From Melioribacteraceae bacterium (GTDB taxonomy: Bacteria; Bacteroidota; Ignavibacteria; Ignavibacteriales; Melioribacteraceae): a stretch of 64,000 bases of DNA. The stretch's first letter is position 1; the number at the start of each line of letters is the position of its first letter. The notes under the pieces are model-generated. The model had not been told where the DNA came from. It ran no database searches and was given only the letters and a program-made list of their open reading frames with translations. Positions 21,008 through 31,482 of the stretch are shown one piece after another. Made by a program: the position numbers and the translations under genes. The DNA lies in the NCBI GenBank assembly GCA_019638015.1, contig JAHBUP010000001.1, forward strand, positions 1,146,424-1,210,423. The letters run 5' to 3'.

Positions 21008-21850
21008 ATGCATCCTAAAGTAATTCTAATTACTGGATGTTCTTCTGGAATTGGCAAGTCACTCTCTCTCTCACTTAATAATATCGGTCATAAAGTTTAC
21101 GCAACTGCTCGCAATGTTAAGACTCTAGCTGACCTAGCTGAAAAATCGATTTATACCTTTCAACTTGACGTTTCCATTGATGACGATATTGATCGAGTTG
21201 TTCAACTCATCATAAAAACAGAGGGACGGATTGATATTTTAATTAACAATGCCGGATACGGATTAATTGGACCGATAGTTGAAATCCCGGATGAAGAAAT
21301 TAAACATCAATTTAATACTAATTTGTTCGGGCCTTTAAAACTCATTAATAAAATTGTACCGGTGATGAAATCAAATGGGAATGGTGTAATTGTAAATATT
21401 GGCAGTATTTCGGGTTTGGCAACCACACCATTCTCCGGTGCTTATTGCGCAACTAAAGCCGCACTTCATTCAATATCGGATGCTTTAAGAATGGAATTAT
21501 TTCCTTTCGGAATAAAAGTAGTTACTGTTCAGCCGGGTGGAATAAAAACAAATTTTGGTTCGGCGGCATCAAAAACTGTTGAACGAATATTTAAATCAGA
21601 TTCTATCTATTCTAAACTCGAAAAGGAGATTAAAGCGCGTGCTGAAATATCACAATTAAACGCAACCTCACTTGAAAGCTTTACTATTAAATTAGTTGAC
21701 AAGATTCTACAAAAAAATCCTCCGTCAATAATCAGGATGGGCAACAGAAGCATTTCTCTCCCTTTTCTTAGATTTTTTCTACCGACTAAACTTTATGATA
21801 AAATTATGATGAATAAATTCGGTCTATCAAAACTAAAATTAGAAAATTAG
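21008..21850 (+). CDS. Short-chain dehydrogenase/reductase (classical SDR)
   Basis: TGCSSGIG cofactor motif, NNAG, and catalytic YCATKAA (YxxxK). Confidence 0.9.
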   Translation: MHPKVILITGCSSGIGKSLSLSLNNIGHKVYATARNVKTLADLAEKSIYTFQLDVSIDDDIDRVVQLIIKTEGRIDILINNAGYGLIGPIVEIPDEEIKHQFNTNLFGPLKLINKIVPVMKSNGNGVIVNIGSISGLATTPFSGAYCATKAALHSISDALRMELFPFGIKVVTVQPGGIKTNFGSAASKTVERIFKSDSIYSKLEKEIKARAEISQLNATSLESFTIKLVDKILQKNPPSIIRMGNRSISLPFLRFFLPTKLYDKIMMNKFGLSKLKLEN

Positions 21851-21862
21851 ATTGGTGAAAAA

Positions 21863-22204
21863 ATGTACGAGCACAAAAGAGAACAACTAATACCAATTAC
21901 AAATTATTATTTCAGGTTATTGAAACATTTTATTTTTGGTTTTGGCATTATTCTCTTCTCATTGTTGATAGGCGTTTTTGGCTATCACTTTATTGAAGGT
22001 TTAAATTGGATTGATTCATTATTGAATTCGTCTATGATTTTGGGCGGGATGGGGCCTGTAGACATATTAAAAAGTGACGGTGGGAAACTTTTCGCTTCAT
22101 TCTATGCGCTGTATAGCGGTATAATATTTTTGGTAATAGCAGGAGTGTTTTTTGCGCCCATACTTCACAGGCTATTGCACAAGTTTCATGTCGATGAAAA
22201 ATAA
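21863..22204 (+). CDS. 113-aa two-TM pore-loop (K+-channel-like) membrane protein with non-canonical filter
   Basis: TM1 (FIFGFGIILFSLLIGVFGY), then WIDSLLNSSMILGGMGPVD...GGKLF, then TM2. The skeleton matches W-D-(A/S)-x-Y/L-x-S-...-TVGYGD-...-GK-F of Ion_trans_2 channels, but TVGYGD is replaced. Confidence 0.4.
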   Translation: MYEHKREQLIPITNYYFRLLKHFIFGFGIILFSLLIGVFGYHFIEGLNWIDSLLNSSMILGGMGPVDILKSDGGKLFASFYALYSGIIFLVIAGVFFAPILHRLLHKFHVDEK

Positions 22205-22240
22205 TTTTACTTTAGATATTAATTTTGATTAGGAGTTCAA

Positions 22241-23260
22241 ATGGCAATAAGAGGATTTATGACATTACCCCGTCACATTGTAGAAGGGGAAAAGCTACAT
22301 CCAGGCGCAACTGGAGAATTATCAAATATATTATTGCAATTGGGTTTAGCGGCTAAACTAATTTCGCTCGAGGTTAACAAGGCAGGATTGGCCGATATAC
22401 TTGGGTTTACCGGTTCTGAAAATGTACATGGAGAACAGGTAAAAAAACTTGATATGTTTGCTCATGATACTCTAATTAAAGCAATGGATCATGGAGGACA
22501 TTTTTGTGTTATGGCATCCGAGGAGGAGGAAGATATTATTCATTTGCCTGCACACCATCAAACCGGGAAATATGTATTGTTGTTCGATCCGCTTGATGGT
22601 TCATCAAATATTGATGCGAATATTAGCATTGGCACAATCTTCTCTATTTATAAAAGAATTACACCGGGGACTGGTCCTGGTTCTCTTGAAGATTGCCTTC
22701 AACCCGGTTATAAACAGGAAGTAGCCGGTTATATAGTATATGGCTCAAGTACAATATTTGTTTATACTGCCGGTCATGGAGTGCATGGGTTTACTCTTGA
22801 TCCGGCATTCGGGGAATTTATCCTATCTCACGAAAATATTAGGATTCCGAAAAGTGGAAGAATTTACAGCATCAACGAAGGAAATTATTTTAGCTGGCCT
22901 AACGGATTAAAGCATTACATAAAGTATATTCAATCAAATTATTTTGAGGGTAAACCATACCAAGCTCGTTATGTTGGTTCAATGGTAGCAGATCTTCATC
23001 GTACTCTACTCTATGGTGGAATTTATATGTATCCGGGAGATAGAAGAAATTCCAAAGGAAAAATTAGATTAGTTTATGAATGCAATCCGATGGCATTTAT
23101 CATTGAAAATGCAGGTGGTAGGGCTACGGATGGAAATGAAAGAATTCTTGATAAGAAACCAGAATCGCTCCATGAGAGATGCCCAATATTTATTGGAAGC
23201 GAGGGGGATGTATTATTAGTTGAGAAATTTATGCGGGGCGAAAAAATTGATAAAAACTAA
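22241..23260 (+). CDS. fbp: Fructose-1,6-bisphosphatase class 1
   Basis: FDPLDGSSNID metal-binding motif, GKIRLVYECNPMAF, 339 aa. Confidence 0.93.
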   Translation: MAIRGFMTLPRHIVEGEKLHPGATGELSNILLQLGLAAKLISLEVNKAGLADILGFTGSENVHGEQVKKLDMFAHDTLIKAMDHGGHFCVMASEEEEDIIHLPAHHQTGKYVLLFDPLDGSSNIDANISIGTIFSIYKRITPGTGPGSLEDCLQPGYKQEVAGYIVYGSSTIFVYTAGHGVHGFTLDPAFGEFILSHENIRIPKSGRIYSINEGNYFSWPNGLKHYIKYIQSNYFEGKPYQARYVGSMVADLHRTLLYGGIYMYPGDRRNSKGKIRLVYECNPMAFIIENAGGRATDGNERILDKKPESLHERCPIFIGSEGDVLLVEKFMRGEKIDKN

Positions 23261-23339
23261 ATTTTACTGCAATCCATTATTTTAATAGAAATATCAGTAA
23301 AGGAAATTCGCAACCAGTTGATGTAAAAATATTAAGAAT

Positions 23340-23600
23340 TTAGTTCTTTGCTAATTCTTCCGAAATTCTTTTTGCAAGTTCATCCGAGGTAATACCTTCA
23401 ATTTTTAGTTTTGCATTTTTAACTATAATTTCAGGTTTATCCCCCTCACCCTTCATAAACTTAAAAAGATTATATCCGAGCCTATTTCTATCGTTCATGA
23501 TGGGAATAAATTCCTTAAACATTTCGGCAATATTATAGCATTTTTTTTCTAATGAATTTTCCGGGAAAAAATTTGTATTTGGAGGGGGTAAAGTTGTCAT
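23340..23600 (-). CDS. Hypothetical 86-aa protein
   Basis: Isolated ORF with no overlapping better ORF. No motif recognised. Confidence 0.35.
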   Translation of the reverse strand: MTTLPPPNTNFFPENSLEKKCYNIAEMFKEFIPIMNDRNRLGYNLFKFMKGEGDKPEIIVKNAKLKIEGITSDELAKRISEELAKN

Positions 23601-23709
23601 CTCGCTTTTCCTATTTCTTCAAAATTATTTAGCCAAATATAGTAACTACTTACCATTGGAACCAACTGACTAATTATCTAAATTTGCACACAAAATTACT
23701 GTGTTATAA

Positions 23710-24690
23710 TTGAATCAAAATAAAGTTAAAATTCTAATAATCCGTTTAAGTTCTCTGGGAGATATTTTATTAACCACGCCGGTTATCCGATCATTAAAAA
23801 AAAGTAAATTCAATTCACAATTAGATGTTTTAGTTAAAAAACAATATTCTGATGCAGTTAAAAATAATCCTCATATAAATCAAATTCTTACTTATTCGAA
23901 TGATAATTTCACCGAATTAAAGAAAACAGTTAGTAATTCTAAATATGATTTAATTATTGATTTGCAAGGAAATTTGAGAAGCAGACTGCTTTGTTTTGGC
24001 GCAAGTTCGTCAGTTTTGAGAATAAATAAACCATCCATTAAAAAGTGGCTTTTAGTAAATACAAAAATTGATTTGTTAGGAGATTTTTCAATTCCTAAAT
24101 TATATGCCGAAACAGCAGAAATAAAACTTGATAATGATGGACTTGAAATTTTTATAAGCGATCAGGTTAAACCGCGAATAATTGAAAGTAGAAAATATAT
24201 TGGAATTTGTCCCGGGTCACGTCATAAAACCAAAATGTGGCCCGCTGAGTATTACACTGAACTTGGAATAAAATTATCTCTCGATGGTTTTCAAATATTG
24301 GTTTTTGGCGGTAAAGATGACAAAGCTATTTGCGAGAAAATTTCGAATGAAATTCCAGAAGCAGTAAACTTACAGACTGAGAATGATCTGCTTCAGATGG
24401 CAAGCGAATTAAAATTGTGCAAATTGGTAATTTCGAATGATTCCGGATTAATGCATACCGCTGCCGCGGTGAAAACACCGGTTTTATCATTATTCGGTTC
24501 AACTGTAAGGAGTTTTGGATTCTCCCCATATGGTGTGCAAAATTTAATAATTGAAAATATTGGACTTAATTGCAGACCGTGCAGCCATGTCGGGTTAGAC
24601 AAATGTCCAAAAAGACATTTTAGCTGTATGAATGATTTAATGCCGGGTTTAGTATATAATCAAATAACCAATTTTATAAGTACTTTATGA
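23710..24690 (+). CDS. Glycosyltransferase family 9 (LPS heptosyltransferase-like)
   Basis: KILIIRLSSLGDILLTTP N-terminus and SNDSGLMH motif typical of GT9. 4-nt overlap with waaA. Confidence 0.85.
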   Translation: MNQNKVKILIIRLSSLGDILLTTPVIRSLKKSKFNSQLDVLVKKQYSDAVKNNPHINQILTYSNDNFTELKKTVSNSKYDLIIDLQGNLRSRLLCFGASSSVLRINKPSIKKWLLVNTKIDLLGDFSIPKLYAETAEIKLDNDGLEIFISDQVKPRIIESRKYIGICPGSRHKTKMWPAEYYTELGIKLSLDGFQILVFGGKDDKAICEKISNEIPEAVNLQTENDLLQMASELKLCKLVISNDSGLMHTAAAVKTPVLSLFGSTVRSFGFSPYGVQNLIIENIGLNCRPCSHVGLDKCPKRHFSCMNDLMPGLVYNQITNFISTL

Positions 24691-25970
24691 AAAACATTTG
24701 GTATTTCACTTACAATCTAGTAATCCTTCCTTTTATAAAACTCTTCCTTTTATTTGCAAGGTTGTTTAATAAAAAGATAAAGATTGGCTTGGAAGGAAGA
24801 AAAAAATTATTCTCAAACTTGATTATCGATTTAACAGGAATAGACAGAAAAAAACAGATGGTATGGTTTCACTCTGCTTCAATGGGAGAGTTTGAGCAGG
24901 CTAAACCCATAATTGAAAAAATTAGAAATCATAAAAACATAAATATTATTGTAACATTCTTTTCTCCATCGGGATATCTTAATTCTTTAAAGTACCCGCA
25001 TGCAGATATTATTTCTTATTTTCCATTTGACACACCATTTCTTACGAGCCGATTTTTAAATTTAGTTCGTCCGAGCATTTCAATCTTTATGCGGTATGAT
25101 ATATGGCCAAATATGATTTGGCAGTTGAACAAAAGGAAAATACCAACGCTGATTGTTGATGCTACAATGAGAAAAAATACATCTCGCAAACTTCCGATAG
25201 TTAAAAGTTTTCACAATTCTCTATATTCATCTATAACTAAAATACTTGCGGTATCGGAAGAGGATGTGCAAAATTTTATTGAATTTAATGTTGAAAAAAG
25301 CAGGATAAAGGCAATTGGTGATACCCGATTTGATAGGGTTTATCAAAAAAGCATAGCGGCTAAAGAAAAAAAATTGTTCAAAGATGATTTTTTTACTGAA
25401 AAAAAAGTGCTGGTAATCGGTAGTTCATGGGAAAATGATGAAGAAGTACTGCTCCCAGCACTAGTAAAACTGATGCAGATTGAATCATCTTTAATCACAA
25501 TTATTGTACCGCATGAACCAACTATTTTCCATATCGAGAGATTAGAGAATACATTCGCTAAAAATTTCCAAACAATAAGATTTTCATACCTTAATAATTA
25601 TAAGGATGAACGAGTAATCCTAATTGATTCAATTGGAATTTTACTAACTCTCTATTCATATGCTGATGCGGCATATGTTGGCGGTAGTTTTAAGCAGGGA
25701 ATCCACAATGTACTAGAACCAGCAGTTTATGGCATACCTGTATTTTTTGGTCCCAAGTACCATAATAGTCAGGAGGCACTCAAATTAATTTCTATTAAAG
25801 GTGCATTTACTATTTCCGATAAAAAAAATGCATACCGGTTATTAAGAAAAATATTTTCTGACGACGAGTTTAGAAAGAATTCTGGAAAAATTTGTGCTGA
25901 ATTCGTTAAGGAAAATCTTGGCGCAACTCAAAAAATAGTGGATCAGATTAATAAGTTCATTAAACATTAG
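24687..25970 (+). CDS. waaA: 3-deoxy-D-manno-octulosonic acid (Kdo) transferase
   Basis: WFHSASMGEFEQAKP motif, N-terminal membrane anchor, C-terminal GGSF...HN.LEPA. Confidence 0.9.
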   Translation: MKNIWYFTYNLVILPFIKLFLLFARLFNKKIKIGLEGRKKLFSNLIIDLTGIDRKKQMVWFHSASMGEFEQAKPIIEKIRNHKNINIIVTFFSPSGYLNSLKYPHADIISYFPFDTPFLTSRFLNLVRPSISIFMRYDIWPNMIWQLNKRKIPTLIVDATMRKNTSRKLPIVKSFHNSLYSSITKILAVSEEDVQNFIEFNVEKSRIKAIGDTRFDRVYQKSIAAKEKKLFKDDFFTEKKVLVIGSSWENDEEVLLPALVKLMQIESSLITIIVPHEPTIFHIERLENTFAKNFQTIRFSYLNNYKDERVILIDSIGILLTLYSYADAAYVGGSFKQGIHNVLEPAVYGIPVFFGPKYHNSQEALKLISIKGAFTISDKKNAYRLLRKIFSDDEFRKNSGKICAEFVKENLGATQKIVDQINKFIKH

Positions 25971-26102
25971 CTAAATTAAATGCACTTACTATTCATTCTA
26001 AAGTACAATAAAATCTATGACCATAATCGCTAATAAATAAGATTTTGATATCATAAACCATTTAATTTATTTTTACAATAACATTAATTATCAAGGAAAG
26101 TT

Positions 26103-27887
26103 ATGACTAAAAATCAAAAACTTTTAGACTGGGTGAAGGAAATGGCAGAAATGTGTATGCCAGATCAAATCTACTGGTGTAATGGTTCCGAAGAAGAATA
26201 TAACTTGTTGGCAAATAAACTTGTTGAAAGCGGTACCTTCATTAAACTGAATGAGAAATATAAACCTAATAGTTATTACGCAAAGTCTGATCCTAAAGAT
26301 GTAGCCCGAGTTGAAGAGAGAACGTTCATCTGTTCCAAAAATCAAATAGATGCTGGACCAACAAATAATTGGATGAATCCTAATGAAATGAGGAATACTC
26401 TCTCCAATTTGTATAAGGGTTCTATGAAAGGAAGAACAATGTACGTCATTCCTTTCAGTATGGGTCCTCTGGGCTCAAATATTTCACATATCGGAGTTGA
26501 ATTGACAGATTCCGCTTATGTAGTATGTAATATGAGGATTATGACTAGAATGGGTAAAGCCGTATTAGATACACTTGGCAATGGCGATTTTGTTAAATGT
26601 CTTCACTCAGTAGGTTATCCGTTAACTGAAGGAAAAAAGGATGTAGAATGGCCCTCCAGCGAAACAAAATATATTGTACACTTTCCTGAGGATAAAGAGA
26701 TTTGGTCGTACGGAAGTGGATATGGTGGTAACGCATTGCTGGGGAAAAAATGTTTTGCTTTAAGGATTGCCTCTACTATGGCAAAACGTGAGGGCTGGCT
26801 AGCCGAACATATGCTTATTGTGGGAATTACTAATCCACACGGAGAAAAAAAATATATAGCCGCCGCATTCCCAAGTGCTTGTGGGAAAACTAATTTGGCG
26901 ATGTTAACGCCATCCTTACCAGGGTGGAAAGTAGAATGTGTTGGTGATGACATTGCCTGGATGAAATTTGGTGATGATGGAAGGTTATACGCTATTAATC
27001 CAGAATATGGATTTTTTGGGGTTGCCCCCGGTACAGCAAGTAAAACTAATGCAAACGCAATTGCCTCACTTCAAAAAAATTCAATATTTACCAATGTTGC
27101 CTTAACTGATGATGGAGATGTATGGTGGGAAGGATTGACATCTGAAAAACCCCAACATCTCACCAGTTGGCTTGGAAATGATTGGACCCCCGATAGCAAA
27201 GAAAATGCCGCGCATCCCAACTCAAGATTTACAGCCCCGGCTAGTCAGTGCCCTGTAATTGATCCGGAGTGGGAAAATCCAGCTGGTGTACCAATCTCTG
27301 CAATTTTATTCGGCGGGAGAAGAGCTCAGGTTGTTCCTCTAGTATTTGAATCCTTCGATTGGCAGCAAGGCGTATTTCTTGGTTCAATTGTATCATCAGA
27401 AACAACCGCAGCCGCGGCTGGAGCGGTTGGTAATGTTCGAAGAGATCCCTTTGCTATGCTTCCATTCTGCGGCTATAATATGGGGGATTATTTCAGTCAC
27501 TGGCTTGAATTTGCAAATAATGATAATAAGGGAAAACTACCTAAAATATTTTACGTTAATTGGTTTAGAAAAGATGAAAAGGGGAAATTTATCTGGCCAG
27601 GATTTGGTGAGAATATTCGTGTCTTGGAATGGATATTAGATAGAATTGATGGTAAAGAGAACTATGTTGAAACTGCTGTAGGTAGAGAACCAAAATTCAA
27701 TAAGTTGAATGTAGAAGGTTTGGGTTTATCTGAAGAAACAATGGCAAAGCTATTCCATATAGATAAAGCTGAAGGATTAAATGAAGTGGCTGAAATTAGG
27801 AAATTTTACCAAAGTTTGGGTGAAAGAGTGCCGGCAAAACTTCATGAAGAAGTTAATAAATTGGAATACCGGTTGAACCAACTCTAG
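26103..27887 (+). CDS. pckG: Phosphoenolpyruvate carboxykinase (GTP)
   Basis: Kinase-1a motif FPSACGKTN, also GDDIAWM and FGGRR. Length 594 aa. Confidence 0.95.
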   Translation: MTKNQKLLDWVKEMAEMCMPDQIYWCNGSEEEYNLLANKLVESGTFIKLNEKYKPNSYYAKSDPKDVARVEERTFICSKNQIDAGPTNNWMNPNEMRNTLSNLYKGSMKGRTMYVIPFSMGPLGSNISHIGVELTDSAYVVCNMRIMTRMGKAVLDTLGNGDFVKCLHSVGYPLTEGKKDVEWPSSETKYIVHFPEDKEIWSYGSGYGGNALLGKKCFALRIASTMAKREGWLAEHMLIVGITNPHGEKKYIAAAFPSACGKTNLAMLTPSLPGWKVECVGDDIAWMKFGDDGRLYAINPEYGFFGVAPGTASKTNANAIASLQKNSIFTNVALTDDGDVWWEGLTSEKPQHLTSWLGNDWTPDSKENAAHPNSRFTAPASQCPVIDPEWENPAGVPISAILFGGRRAQVVPLVFESFDWQQGVFLGSIVSSETTAAAAGAVGNVRRDPFAMLPFCGYNMGDYFSHWLEFANNDNKGKLPKIFYVNWFRKDEKGKFIWPGFGENIRVLEWILDRIDGKENYVETAVGREPKFNKLNVEGLGLSEETMAKLFHIDKAEGLNEVAEIRKFYQSLGERVPAKLHEEVNKLEYRLNQL

Positions 27888-27947
27888 CGGATAAGTATTA
27901 TCATTTTTGAATGAAGTGTTAGAAATATTTTTACTTTAATATTGCTA

Positions 27948-27980
27948 CGGGTAGAGAAATCTAGCTCCTTTCTTTACCCG
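27948..27980 (+). terminator. Hairpin downstream of pckG
   Basis: CGGGTAGAGAAA ... TTTCTTTACCCG is a 12-bp stem with one G-U pair, 60 nt after the stop. The U-tract is poor (GTTTAT). Confidence 0.4.
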
Positions 27981-28065
27981 GTTTATAAATAATTTGTATT
28001 AATCAGTACAGCGCACACCTTTAGTTTATCACCTATATTTTATAAATTGCTTTAAGAATACACAT

Positions 28066-31000
28066 TTGAGTTCAATATTGATGGATCGCTCGTTCGAAAA
28101 AAGCCGCACCGAAATATCTTTTAGAGATATGATGGAATTTGCCCCAGTTGGGATTCTTATATTTCAAAAAGATTTGAGGATTAAATACGTTAATAAAAAT
28201 TTCTTCTTTTTTAATGGTGTTAAAAAAATTGATGCCGAATTGGCAATCGGTGAAAATTTAGAAGAGCTTGAAATTTTTGAGGGGATTGATCTCAAAGAGG
28301 AATTAGTTAAGCTGAATGAAGGAGAATCAATCGAAAGAGTTTTATCTACCTCAAAAACTACTAGAGGTGGATCCTTCTCTTTAATTCTAAAAGGAACCCC
28401 AATCATTATTGATGATGAACCAAGTGGCGGATTGCTAATATTAGAAGATCTAAAATCAGATCAGGTTCGTTCTTCGTTTTCGCTTTTACAATCAAATGAT
28501 TTTCAAAAATTTTTACTCCAGTTATGCGATTATTTTATTATTTGCGACTCAAGAGGTAATGTAAAATTTGCACCTTTTTTTTCGGAGACATACTCATTTC
28601 TGTTCGAAGCGAGTACATTAATGGATTCTGCCAGTAAAAGAGTGTCTTTGCTCTTATTTAAAAATCATCTTGATAGCGTGGTTCAATCAAACAAACTAAT
28701 TTATACTCAAATACCATATCTAAAAAATGATGAGGAGATCAATTCCACGCTAACGCTTATTCCTTTTAGTGAATCTGGTTTGGATGTTGATTGGGTTATT
28801 ATCCTTGTTAAGGATTCTGATCTTAGTCGTGCAGATTTGGAGTTAAATACTGAAAAGTTAAATGAACTCTCTAAATATGAGAAAATTGCTTCCGATATAG
28901 TTGATGGTTTAATTGGTGTAAACCAAAAAGGTAAAATTATTTTTTGGAATCCTAAAGCTGAAAATCTTTTCGGGTTAACTAAAAGTGAAGTTTATGGAAA
29001 AGCATTAGTTAAAATGTTTCCTCAAATAAATGAGGATAGATTTGATAAAATTAAAAGAAATCTTGAAACTACAAATGTTGTTGAAGAAAAAATTAGAATT
29101 GGTGTTGATGAAGAGATAGCTGAATATTATCTTCTCAAGTTTACTCTATTTTCTGATAAGGATGAAAAGGAATACATAATTGCTTGTACCGACATTACGC
29201 AATCGGAAAAAACGCAGCTGCAGTTAATTAAATCGGAAGAAAAATTTAGAAATATTGTTACAAATTCACATGACTATATTTGCACATTAAACTCGCGCGG
29301 TAAAATTACATACGCAAATCCACATTTCTTGAAAGTGTTTGAATATTCTGCAGATGAGGTTACTAAACTTAATTTTACAAATCTTATCGATCCATATTAT
29401 TCGAGTAACAATGAATTTTCCATTCCCACAATATTAGAGAATGAACAGAAGACAATTGAATTACCGCTGAAGGGTAAGAATGGACAGCCGGTGTATGTGC
29501 TGGCAAGTTTTTCGGAAATTGAAGATCCTTCAGATGTTTCCGGGTTTTATAATGTTATTTTAACCGACATAACAATTAAGAAAGAATCAGAAAAAGATCT
29601 GCTCTTAATCCGTTCTGTTTTTGAGGCATCACTTGATGGAATTGCTCTTCTGAGTAAAAGAAAAATTGTACTTATCAACGATTCGTTTGTTAATATGTTT
29701 GGATTTACAAGTGTGAGTGATGTAATAGGAATGAATATCCTAAGTTTTGTTGCGAAGAAGGATATTGAAAAGCTCACCAATATTTTAGAAAAATCGGAAA
29801 CCGGTGAACAGATACCAACCCGATTTGATTTTTCTGCCCAGGGTAAAAATAATACTCAAATTGAAATTGAAGCCTCCGTTACATCGTATCAAATTGAAAA
29901 TGAAAATTTTACTGTATGGATTTTACGGGATATTTCGGAGGAGAAAAAGGCTGAGGAAATTCTGAAGCTTTCCGAAGAACGATACCGAAGTATTTCTGAA
30001 AATATTAACGAGTTTATTTGGACTGCGGTAAATAGAGATGGGAAATTAGTGGTTGATTTTTATACTCACGCCGTAAAAAAAATTACCAGTTATACAGCTG
30101 AACAATTTATTGAAGATCCACACTTGTGGAAAAAAATATTGCACCCGGATGATTCTTCAAATTTTATTGATAGACTCAAATCTTTTTATAGCGATAAAGC
30201 CAGAACATTCGAGAAATTTGAGTATAGGATTTTGGATGCGCTTGGAAACGTATTATGGATTGAGAACAGAATAACATTAATCAGAAATCTTCATGGAGAA
30301 ATACAGAGGATTTTTGGCGTTGTTAGTGATAATACACTTTCAAACCGAGCTGAAGAAGAATTAAAAAATACAGCCGCTAAACTTAAAGAACTTAATGACA
30401 CAAAGGATAGATTCATTTCAATTATCTCTCACGATTTGCGGACTCCATTTAGCTCGATACTTGGTTTCGCAGATATTTTGATTAATAATAAAGAGATGGA
30501 GTTAGAGAAAAGGCAGGAGTATATTCAATTCATTAAAGAATCTTCCAAAAGTATGCTCAGTTTGGTAAACTCATTATTGGATTGGACCCGACTCCAAACT
30601 GGAAGAATTAGATTTGAACCAGAAAGAATGGATATCAGAAATGTAATTTCAAAATCAATCCAAATTACTTCCGGAGCCGCAATTCCAAAGTCGATAAAGT
30701 TAAATTCACAATTGAACAAAGAAATTTTTGTTCATGCAGATGAAAGCTTGATGCTGCAAGTCTTCAATAATCTATTATCTAACGCAATTAAGTTTACTCA
30801 AAACGGAGGCGAAGTTAATATTACTGCCCATCCTAATATTGAAAAACGGCAAATTGAATTTTCGGTTAAGGATAATGGAATTGGAATTAAAAAGGAAAAC
30901 GTTGATAAACTATTTAAAGTCGACACAAAATTTACAACAGCCGGTACAGCTGGTGAAAAAGGAAGCGGGCTGGGACTTTCATTAGTAGCAGAGATTATTC

Positions 31001-31461
31001 ACAAGCATGGTGGCGAAATATGGGTAAATAGTGAATATGGAAAAGGAACTGAGTTTATTTTTTCAATTCCTGTTGCTTCTTCTAATATTTTGTTAGTGGA
31101 TGATGGTAAAACAGATAGGATTTTATATTCAAAATTAATAAAGACTCTAGTTGCAAATTATAATATTTTGGAAGCTGAAAATGGGCAAGCGGCTCTTCAG
31201 ATTATAAAACAAAATTCTCCAGCTTTAGTCATTACCGATCATAAAATGCCGGTTATGAACGGATATGATCTTGTTAAGCAGATAAATATTGCAGATCTAA
31301 AATTTAAACCGCCGGTAATTGTGCTGAGTAGTGACATAAACTTATCAATAGAAGCAGAATATAAAAACATCGGCGTTGAGTTTATTTTTCAAAAACCTGT
31401 GAGTCTTGCAACATTTAAAAAGGCAATTGAAAGTTCACTTCGTAAAGCTCTTTATAATTGA
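28066..31461 (+). CDS. Multi-PAS hybrid sensor histidine kinase / response regulator
   Basis: Several PAS/PAC repeats, H-box SHDLRTP, N/G boxes (NLLSNAIKFT, DNGIGI, GSGLGLS), and a C-terminal receiver (ILLVDD ... DHKMP). Probable ATG start at 28081. Confidence 0.9.
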   Translation: MSSILMDRSFEKSRTEISFRDMMEFAPVGILIFQKDLRIKYVNKNFFFFNGVKKIDAELAIGENLEELEIFEGIDLKEELVKLNEGESIERVLSTSKTTRGGSFSLILKGTPIIIDDEPSGGLLILEDLKSDQVRSSFSLLQSNDFQKFLLQLCDYFIICDSRGNVKFAPFFSETYSFLFEASTLMDSASKRVSLLLFKNHLDSVVQSNKLIYTQIPYLKNDEEINSTLTLIPFSESGLDVDWVIILVKDSDLSRADLELNTEKLNELSKYEKIASDIVDGLIGVNQKGKIIFWNPKAENLFGLTKSEVYGKALVKMFPQINEDRFDKIKRNLETTNVVEEKIRIGVDEEIAEYYLLKFTLFSDKDEKEYIIACTDITQSEKTQLQLIKSEEKFRNIVTNSHDYICTLNSRGKITYANPHFLKVFEYSADEVTKLNFTNLIDPYYSSNNEFSIPTILENEQKTIELPLKGKNGQPVYVLASFSEIEDPSDVSGFYNVILTDITIKKESEKDLLLIRSVFEASLDGIALLSKRKIVLINDSFVNMFGFTSVSDVIGMNILSFVAKKDIEKLTNILEKSETGEQIPTRFDFSAQGKNNTQIEIEASVTSYQIENENFTVWILRDISEEKKAEEILKLSEERYRSISENINEFIWTAVNRDGKLVVDFYTHAVKKITSYTAEQFIEDPHLWKKILHPDDSSNFIDRLKSFYSDKARTFEKFEYRILDALGNVLWIENRITLIRNLHGEIQRIFGVVSDNTLSNRAEEELKNTAAKLKELNDTKDRFISIISHDLRTPFSSILGFADILINNKEMELEKRQEYIQFIKESSKSMLSLVNSLLDWTRLQTGRIRFEPERMDIRNVISKSIQITSGAAIPKSIKLNSQLNKEIFVHADESLMLQVFNNLLSNAIKFTQNGGEVNITAHPNIEKRQIEFSVKDNGIGIKKENVDKLFKVDTKFTTAGTAGEKGSGLGLSLVAEIIHKHGGEIWVNSEYGKGTEFIFSIPVASSNILLVDDGKTDRILYSKLIKTLVANYNILEAENGQAALQIIKQNSPALVITDHKMPVMNGYDLVKQINIADLKFKPPVIVLSSDINLSIEAEYKNIGVEFIFQKPVSLATFKKAIESSLRKALYN

Positions 31462-31482
31462 ATAAAATTAAAATATTGATCG

